Part shown: one piece after another, positions 8,066-13,268 of the stretch
Layout of the letters: each line of letters begins with the position of its first letter
How positions within the stretch are numbered: position 1 is the stretch's first letter
Assembly: GCA_045805065.1 (NCBI GenBank)
Contig: JBJMMA010000092.1
Span: 1-13,268, forward strand
DNA: 13,268 nt
Direction of reading: 5' to 3'
DNA from: Bdellovibrionia bacterium
GTDB lineage: Bacteria > Bdellovibrionota > UBA1018
Made by a program: the position numbers and the translations under genes
The notes under the pieces: model-generated
The model's database searches: none
What the model was told of the DNA's origin: nothing
Seen by the model: only the letters and a program-made list of their open reading frames with translations

Positions 8066-8554
8066 ATGAAATGCCCGTATTGCTCAGCCTCCGATACCAA
8101 AGTCATCGATTCCCGTCTGAATCAGACGGGTGACATGACTCGCCGCCGTCGCGAATGCCCTCGCTGCGAAGGTCGTTTTACGACCTATGAGCGCGTGGAA
8201 GAGATCATGCCCGTCGTGATCAAAAAGGACGGCAGACGTGAGCCTTACCATCGCTCCAAAATGGTGGATGGCATTCAAAATGCCTGTCAGAAACGATCCG
8301 TTCCTCAGGAAAAGATCGAAGAAGCTGCAAACTTCATTGAAAAGAGAATCCAATCTTTTGGTCTGAAAGAAGTCCCCGCCCGCACCATCGGTCAGATGGT
8401 CATGATCGAGCTCCACAAGCTCGACAAAGTGGCATATGTCCGTTTTTCCTCCGTGTACCGAGAATTCAAGGATGTCGAGGAGTTCGTCGCCGAACTTCAA
8501 GAACTTCCTGAAGAGCGCGGGACCGAAACTCCGCAACAGGAATTGCCTCTATAA
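8066..8554 (+). CDS. nrdR: Transcriptional repressor NrdR
   Basis: Zn ribbon MKCPYC...KVIDSR...RRRRECPRC..RFTTYE, followed by an ATP cone (VIKKDGRRE ... LDKVAYVRFSSVYREF). Confidence 0.97.
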   Translation: MKCPYCSASDTKVIDSRLNQTGDMTRRRRECPRCEGRFTTYERVEEIMPVVIKKDGRREPYHRSKMVDGIQNACQKRSVPQEKIEEAANFIEKRIQSFGLKEVPARTIGQMVMIELHKLDKVAYVRFSSVYREFKDVEEFVAELQELPEERGTETPQQELPL

Positions 8555-8567
8555 TAGGAACCTCTCT

Positions 8568-8999
8568 ATGAAATCCCGCCATCATGCGCGCGAAGTCGCG
8601 CTCCAAATTCTGTATCGTTACGACGTTCCACAACAACAAGGCATTGCTGTGCCTCAAGGGACCGCGCTGCTGAGCGATCTCGTTCGTCACTTTGATCACT
8701 TCCAGGTGGATGAGGGTCTTCGTGAATTCGCAAGCCAGCTCGTGGCAGGCACTCTTCAAAATATGAGCGAGCTCGACTCCACGCTTGAGGAACATGTCTC
8801 GAACTGGAAAGTGGCCCGCCTGGGTTTCGTTGACCGAAGCCTGCTTCGCATGGCGGCCTATGAGCTGAAGCACATGCCTGAGACCCCTGCTTCTGTTGTC
8901 ATCGATGAGGCCATCGAGCTGGGCAAGGAATTCGGCACCGAAGACACCCCGGCGTTCGTCAACGGTGTTCTTGACGCTCTTAAGAAGCACTATTCCTAA
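8568..8999 (+). CDS. nusB: Transcription antitermination factor NusB
   Basis: MKSRHHAREVALQILY, WKVARLGFVDRSLLRMAAYEL, VVIDEAIELGKEFG, FVNGVLD. Start corrected from 8436 to the ATG at 8568 (AGGA upstream, no overlap with nrdR). Confidence 0.96.
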   Translation: MKSRHHAREVALQILYRYDVPQQQGIAVPQGTALLSDLVRHFDHFQVDEGLREFASQLVAGTLQNMSELDSTLEEHVSNWKVARLGFVDRSLLRMAAYELKHMPETPASVVIDEAIELGKEFGTEDTPAFVNGVLDALKKHYS

Positions 9000-9023
9000 G
9001 ATTTCTAGGGATCTGAGCTTTTC

Positions 9024-9053
9024 TTGCCCCAAACCGTAAGCTCCGGTTACACT
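9024..9053 (+). promoter_or_regulatory. Putative sigma70-type promoter for the downstream hypothetical gene cluster
   Basis: TTGCCC (9024-9029), 18-nt spacer, TACACT (9048-9053), ending 38 nt upstream of the ATG at 9092. Confidence 0.5.
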
Positions 9054-9091
9054 CTTTTTAGGGATAAACCCCAAGGGGTATTTCTAAAAAG

Positions 9092-9586
9092 ATGGGACAA
9101 GCCTCAAAGCCGCAGTACCTTCATCATTATGACCTGATTGAGCATGCTCCAGAGCAAGCCCTTTTCAGCTCATTGCCCGAATCTTTAAACGGTTTGGTTG
9201 CGACTTTTCACACGAATGAGCGCCCGCTTCAAGGCCTGGCGGGGCTTCTGGATTGGCATTTCCACGGAGCAATCTCAAGCTACCTTCGCGCAGGCGCCAT
9301 GAGCGGCGACGTGGGCGAATGCGCTTATCTGCCCCTGTCTCTTCCCGTAAAAGATGCCCAAGGCCAACCCGGACGCCTCTTTCATATTATCCTGGCAGGT
9401 GGCGGCTCCTCGTCCGCGCCAGGAAAGCGTCAAGAACCTGACGAGAAAACTTACATAGCTCTTAGAAAAAATATTCTGTCCCTGAAGATTGAGCGCCTTG
9501 GAATTTCTCAATCAGACTTTGGAAACATCTCACGCGAAACTCTCGCAAAATACTTCAAAGAGGTCCCGCTATGGATCGTTCGCTGA
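9092..9586 (+). CDS. Hypothetical protein resembling a stand-alone peptidase M17 (leucyl aminopeptidase) N-terminal domain
   Basis: ERPLQGLAGLLDWHFHGAISSYLRAGAMSGDVGECAYLP fits, from recall, the ERPLxGxxGLxDWxxxGxISxxxxxGxxxGxxGE pattern of small M17-N-domain proteins. No catalytic M17 domain is present. Confidence 0.6.
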   Translation: MGQASKPQYLHHYDLIEHAPEQALFSSLPESLNGLVATFHTNERPLQGLAGLLDWHFHGAISSYLRAGAMSGDVGECAYLPLSLPVKDAQGQPGRLFHIILAGGGSSSAPGKRQEPDEKTYIALRKNILSLKIERLGISQSDFGNISRETLAKYFKEVPLWIVR

Positions 9587-9642
9587 AGAATTCGCCGGAG
9601 AATTCGATGAAAAGTTCGCTGAAGAATTCAATGAAGAGTTCA
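9579..9642 (+). repeat. 12-nt imperfect tandem repeat x5 across a gene junction
   Basis: ttcgctgaagaa / ttcgccggagaa / ttcgatgaaaag / ttcgctgaagaa / ttcaatgaagag / ttca. Confidence 0.9.
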
Positions 9643-10227
9643 CGCCTTTCAACGGCTGAGTGGGAAGCGCTTCTGGCCCGGATTCAATCTCCGTCCAAGG
9701 AACTTGAGGCTTCTCTCGCAAAATCAAACTCAAACCTCATCGGGGCTCTCTCGGGTCTTGAGGAACTTGAAAGGCTGACGCAAATGCATCTTGCTCCGCA
9801 TCTGGCACCGCCTTCGTCTGCGCCCTCTTCGCAAGCGGTGCCTCATGTAGCCCAAGCGCAGGCAACTCAAACGCAGGCGCCCGAAGTCAAATACCAGACG
9901 TCGCACGAGGAGTACGCTCCTGCGCTCCATCAAAGCGCGCTTGTTGAGGCGCTTTTGCAATATCAGCGCAAAAAAGCATTCAGATCACAAAAGCCCGCAG
10001 CAAGCACTGCCGCAACTCGCCCCGCTCCTGCGCAGGACATCGACACGCCGGCGTTCTCTCGCTCCGACTTTGTACCTATGAAAATCCCTGCCATCGATGC
10101 CGAACCCAAAGCAGCGCCCCTGGGACGCGCAGCCGCACCTGGCGTGCGATTGCCTGTTCTTCGCCTCAAGAATGACCCGAAGCCAGGCGCAAACCATTCC
10201 GGAAACTCAGATGACCAAGAAGACTGA
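9607..10227 (+). CDS. Hypothetical protein, helical N-terminus with Pro/Ala/Gln-rich, probably disordered segments
   Basis: Long co-oriented ORF filling the gap between neighbours. In-frame ATGs at 9571, 9607 and 9631; 9607 has GGAG 6 nt upstream. No recognisable domain. Confidence 0.7.
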   Translation: MKSSLKNSMKSSRLSTAEWEALLARIQSPSKELEASLAKSNSNLIGALSGLEELERLTQMHLAPHLAPPSSAPSSQAVPHVAQAQATQTQAPEVKYQTSHEEYAPALHQSALVEALLQYQRKKAFRSQKPAASTAATRPAPAQDIDTPAFSRSDFVPMKIPAIDAEPKAAPLGRAAAPGVRLPVLRLKNDPKPGANHSGNSDDQED

Positions 10228-10894
10228 GTCCGAGCTGATTGAAGCGACGTTGAAAAGATTGGAGCGCCCCTGGCAACAAGCCGGACAAACGGGCATCTGC
10301 AGACTGCTCAGACTATCGCTATTGAGAGAGCTCACGCGTGCGATTCATACGCTTCGCTCAGAGTGCATGGCCACGGATCGCTCGAACCAGGCCGCGGATC
10401 TTGCACATCGGGAAAACTATCTCACTCAGTACTTCCCCACTCTGGACCTGACCAATCTTGCACTTTCTCAGGCCTATAGCCAGACGTCGAGAGTTGCCAA
10501 ACCCGTTGGAAGCGCACCGATTTCTGTGCCGCTTCCCGCGTCAGTGATTTCCACGGTGGGTGAAGCGAAATTCACTCGCCAGGACCGGCGCTGGGAATAT
10601 GAGATGGCGCAAGAAGCAGTCCGGCAAGATCTCGAGTTCTGGCTGTTTGAAGCCTCAAGCGAGATTCATGACGTGGAGCCTTTCGCGCGATCATTTTCGG
10701 AAAGCATCTGGCCTCGCGGCGTCGTTCTTTTTGTGGAGAGCGATGGCTTTCTCAAGATGTCGAAAGAGAACCCAAATCTTGCTTTCTGGCGGGGCAAGTG
10801 GTTAGTCGTCCTAGAACCCGGAGCACCTCGCCCCAAGGCTCTTGGAATCGAACCAAGCTGGCATCGACTCCATCCTCCGCAACCTAAAACCTGA
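10211..10894 (+). CDS. Hypothetical protein (~227 aa)
   Basis: The ATG at 10211 gives a 17-nt overlap with the upstream gene, more plausible than 10097. Globular-looking, Trp-rich C-terminal half (RRWEYE, LEFWLFE, IWPRGVVLFVE, FWRGKWLVVLEP). Family not recognised. Confidence 0.7.
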   Translation: MTKKTESELIEATLKRLERPWQQAGQTGICRLLRLSLLRELTRAIHTLRSECMATDRSNQAADLAHRENYLTQYFPTLDLTNLALSQAYSQTSRVAKPVGSAPISVPLPASVISTVGEAKFTRQDRRWEYEMAQEAVRQDLEFWLFEASSEIHDVEPFARSFSESIWPRGVVLFVESDGFLKMSKENPNLAFWRGKWLVVLEPGAPRPKALGIEPSWHRLHPPQPKT

Positions 10895-10922
10895 ACCAAA
10901 AATATATTAGATTGAGCCCACT

Positions 10923-11471
10923 GTGCGCCTTGTAGATTTTCTCATCGCCTTGCTAGAAGCCCACGCTGAAACACTCAAGCGGCTTGCCGCGCTTTTTGGC
11001 GAGGAGAACCTGATGCATCTCCTGGAGATGGCTGGCGATGACGAAGAGCCTCTTCCAAAAGGCTCAACCAAAGGCAATCCCGCGCCCCCCATTCGGCTGG
11101 TCAATCCCTCTTTTTTTGATGCGCCATCGCCTTTTAGTGCAACGGATGCCACCTATACCGAGCTTGAAGGCGCCGTTCACGAAATGGGCTTGCCTGCGGT
11201 CCTAGAATTTCACCTCTGGGCCTATCCCCATTATCGAGCTTTTATTGAAAGCCCCATCGACCTGAACTCCCGCATCCCCGGCCCCGGCGGTGAAGCCGGC
11301 GTTGCGCTGGTGGATGAAGCAGTGACTCAAGCCGAAGCCTGGGTCAAAAGTCTACCCATGTCAGACCTCGTCCGTGATCAGGCATCACGCGCCGCTCATG
11401 TGCCGTGGCTGAAGTTCAGAACACAGATCTTAAAGCGCATCGGCAAAAGACCGATGGGCCCTGTTTACTAA
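10923..11471 (+). CDS. Hypothetical protein (182 aa)
   Basis: GTG start, co-oriented ORF filling the interval, protein-like composition (VLEFHLWAYPHYRAFIESP). Family not recognised. Confidence 0.7.
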   Translation: MRLVDFLIALLEAHAETLKRLAALFGEENLMHLLEMAGDDEEPLPKGSTKGNPAPPIRLVNPSFFDAPSPFSATDATYTELEGAVHEMGLPAVLEFHLWAYPHYRAFIESPIDLNSRIPGPGGEAGVALVDEAVTQAEAWVKSLPMSDLVRDQASRAAHVPWLKFRTQILKRIGKRPMGPVY

Positions 11472-11506
11472 ACTGGTTCCCTAAATAGGTTCCCTAAATA
11501 GGTTCG
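11468..11506 (+). repeat. 13-nt tandem repeat x3 starting at a stop codon
   Basis: ctaaactggttcc / ctaaataggttcc / ctaaataggttcg. The TAA at 11469-11471 is the stop of the upstream gene. Confidence 0.9.
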
Positions 11507-11528
11507 ATGATTGCACTGAAACCGGCTT

Positions 11529-12104
11529 GTGAACTTAACTGCCGACGCGATCCGAAACATTCTAGGACTTAAACCCCACACGACTTGCGGCTACGTGAAC
11601 GAAACGTTTCGCAGCTCTCTTTTTGTCCCTGCCGCACAACTTCCGCCCGCCTTTATGGGAAGTCGCGCCATGGGAACCGTGCTTTATTTCATGGTCACGC
11701 AAGACGCGCCCATTCAACTGCACCGCATTCGATCTGACCAGATGTATCACCACTATTTGGGTGATCCTTTGGAAGTCTTGCTTCTTTATCCAAAAGGCGA
11801 TGGAGAGGTTTTGACCGTGGGTCCCGATCTTGTGAGTGGAATGCGCCCCCAACTTCTGATTCCGGGTGGCACTTTCCACATCTCTCGGTTGCGCCGCCCA
11901 TCGCACGATACGCCTGGCGTAGGCTATGCGCTACTGGGCACAACAGAGTGGCCAGGCGCAGATCACTCGGATGTCGAGCTGGGGATTCCTGAAAAGCTCA
12001 TGGAACTATATCCTCACATGCGCCACTCAATTGCGGAATTCACAGGACGCATGAAAGAGCACAGGGATTCTCATTCGGATCGTGATTCGAGCCGCGTCGC
12101 TTAA
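11529..12104 (+). CDS. Cupin domain protein (DUF985 / Cupin_5-like)
   Basis: LGLKPHTTCGYVNETFRS, TVLYFM, LHRIRSDQMYHHYLGDPL, GPDLVSGMRPQLLIPGGTFH match the DUF985 layout (LxPHPEGG..ET.R; HR..SDE.WH...G.PL; G.D...G.RPQ..VP.G). Confidence 0.85.
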   Translation: MNLTADAIRNILGLKPHTTCGYVNETFRSSLFVPAAQLPPAFMGSRAMGTVLYFMVTQDAPIQLHRIRSDQMYHHYLGDPLEVLLLYPKGDGEVLTVGPDLVSGMRPQLLIPGGTFHISRLRRPSHDTPGVGYALLGTTEWPGADHSDVELGIPEKLMELYPHMRHSIAEFTGRMKEHRDSHSDRDSSRVA

Positions 12105-13268
12105 CTTGCATCTCGCTTAAGCTGAAGCTCTGTTCGATAGGCTGAAGGCGTCTTTCCTGTGACTTTTTTAAATGCCGTATTGAAAGTGGACTTTGAATTG
12201 AAGCCAACTTCAAAGGCAAGATCGAGAATACTGATTTCATCGCGTGATGGATCAGACCAAAGCTCGATCAGATGCTCAATCCGATATCGATTTAAAAGAT
12301 CGTAGAAATTGGTCTTCATTCCCATATTGAGAACCTGAGACAGTTGATAGTCGGGCACTCGAACAAGCTTGGACAGCTTTGTCAGATTGAAATTAGGATC
12401 CAGATACGGCTGCTGCTCCTTCATCGTTTTTTCAATCAATGCAACGTGCTCCAGAATCTCATCCTGAGTCAGACCTGAGTTCTTATAGAGTGTGGCCTTT
12501 GAAGTCAGCTCCTGATTTTCCACGCTATCTGTAATATCGACCGTACTTGCCCAGACGCGAACCAGCTTTCCGTCCTGAACAACTCCTTGCGCCTGATGCA
12601 CCCAAAGACGGACAGAACCATCCGGGCGTATCATCTCGGCTCGCTCATTTACGCTTCGATAACCATTTTGAATGAAATTGCGCAAAAGCTTGCTGAAGGA
12701 CTCGCTTGGCTCTCCAAGGACTTCGTTGCGCGGCAGTTTAAGAAGCTCCTCTCTCGAATCCTTGCCCACCAGCTTGGCAGCGGCATCATTGCAATCCTCG
12801 AGACGACTGGTGCTCATCAATTCGATCTGTTTCTCCACAGGCAAGTGAATAGGAACTGGAGACTCATAAGTGTAGCACCAGACAGGATTCTCGCTCTCCC
12901 GATAGAATGCGAGCATGCTTTTTTCACGCTCTCTGAGCGTGCTCTCAATCCGTTGTCGCGCGAAAGCCGCACCAAAAATCTCACTCAGCACGCGAAGAAT
13001 CATAATCTCGCGCTTGGTCCACTCTCGAGGCGTATGAAGGGTCACAAATCCCACGTAACCGAAGAATTCGCCTTCAACAAAGATGGGAACCGTCGCGACA
13101 GACTTAACCCCGATCGCAAGGCAATTATCGCGGTAAGCTTTAAACTGCTCCGGCAGATCCTCAGCAAGCGTAAAAAAACTGCTTTGATTGGAGAGTAGCT
13201 TTTCTCGAAATGGACTACTCTGAGCAGGAAAATTCTGGAACCGACCCTCAAAATCCTCGGAAGCCGTC
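12101..13268 (-). CDS. AraC-family transcriptional regulator with N-terminal GAF and PAS domains (5' truncated by the window end)
   Basis: The frame is open from 13267 to the stop at 12101. GAF C-terminus GVKSVATVPIFVEGEFFGYVGFVTLHTPREWTKREIMILRVLSEIFG; PAS/PAC IRPDGSVRLW...VVQDGKLVRVWASTVDIT; AraC HTH YLDPNFNLTKLSK...SILDLAFEVGFNSKSTFNTAFKKVTGKTPSAYR. Confidence 0.9.
   Translation of the reverse strand, partial: TASEDFEGRFQNFPAQSSPFREKLLSNQSSFFTLAEDLPEQFKAYRDNCLAIGVKSVATVPIFVEGEFFGYVGFVTLHTPREWTKREIMILRVLSEIFGAAFARQRIESTLREREKSMLAFYRESENPVWCYTYESPVPIHLPVEKQIELMSTSRLEDCNDAAAKLVGKDSREELLKLPRNEVLGEPSESFSKLLRNFIQNGYRSVNERAEMIRPDGSVRLWVHQAQGVVQDGKLVRVWASTVDITDSVENQELTSKATLYKNSGLTQDEILEHVALIEKTMKEQQPYLDPNFNLTKLSKLVRVPDYQLSQVLNMGMKTNFYDLLNRYRIEHLIELWSDPSRDEISILDLAFEVGFNSKSTFNTAFKKVTGKTPSAYRTELQLKRDAS

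Noticed and set aside
8436..8567. N-terminal extension of NusB in the ORF track; likewise the starts at 2303 (fabD) and 10097
   Set aside because: The 8436 and 10097 extensions overlap the upstream genes by more than 100 nt, and the 2303 TTG lies upstream of the fabD SD. Better starts exist at 8568, 10211 and 2330.
9579..9642. Short repeats (also 5818-5877 and 11468-11506) as CRISPR arrays
   Set aside because: Units are 12-20 nt, directly abutting with no spacers, and there are no cas genes.
10896..10913. AT-rich aaaaatatattagatt as an NrdR box
   Set aside because: It lacks the conserved C and G of CwAtATaTwG, is a single copy, and the downstream gene is not a ribonucleotide reductase.
12587..13198. 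203-aa + strand ORF
   Set aside because: Antisense shadow of the GAF-PAS-AraC gene, with no recognisable features.

Overview
Bacterial core-genome region. The gene order and the style of the accessory genes suggest a Bdellovibrionota/Oligoflexia-like or other former deltaproteobacterial genome (inference). The + strand carries the type II fatty-acid/phospholipid cluster plsX-fabH-fabD-fabG-acpP-fabF, an intrinsic terminator and a 420-bp hairpin-rich spacer. It continues with rpiB-glyA-nrdR-nusB, with no rib genes between nrdR and nusB. Next come four genes of unknown function, the first resembling a stand-alone peptidase M17 N-terminal domain, and a DUF985-type cupin. A convergent GAF-PAS-AraC regulator on the - strand runs off the right end of the window. 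No mobile element, CRISPR array, tRNA or rRNA is visible. The most unusual signal is a recurring set of short, degenerating tandem repeats on gene junctions, including a copy of the last five fabF codons plus stop that differs only by synonymous changes. The first ~55 nt look like a G>T/C>A-corrupted version of the conserved PlsX N-terminus, probably a low-quality contig end.
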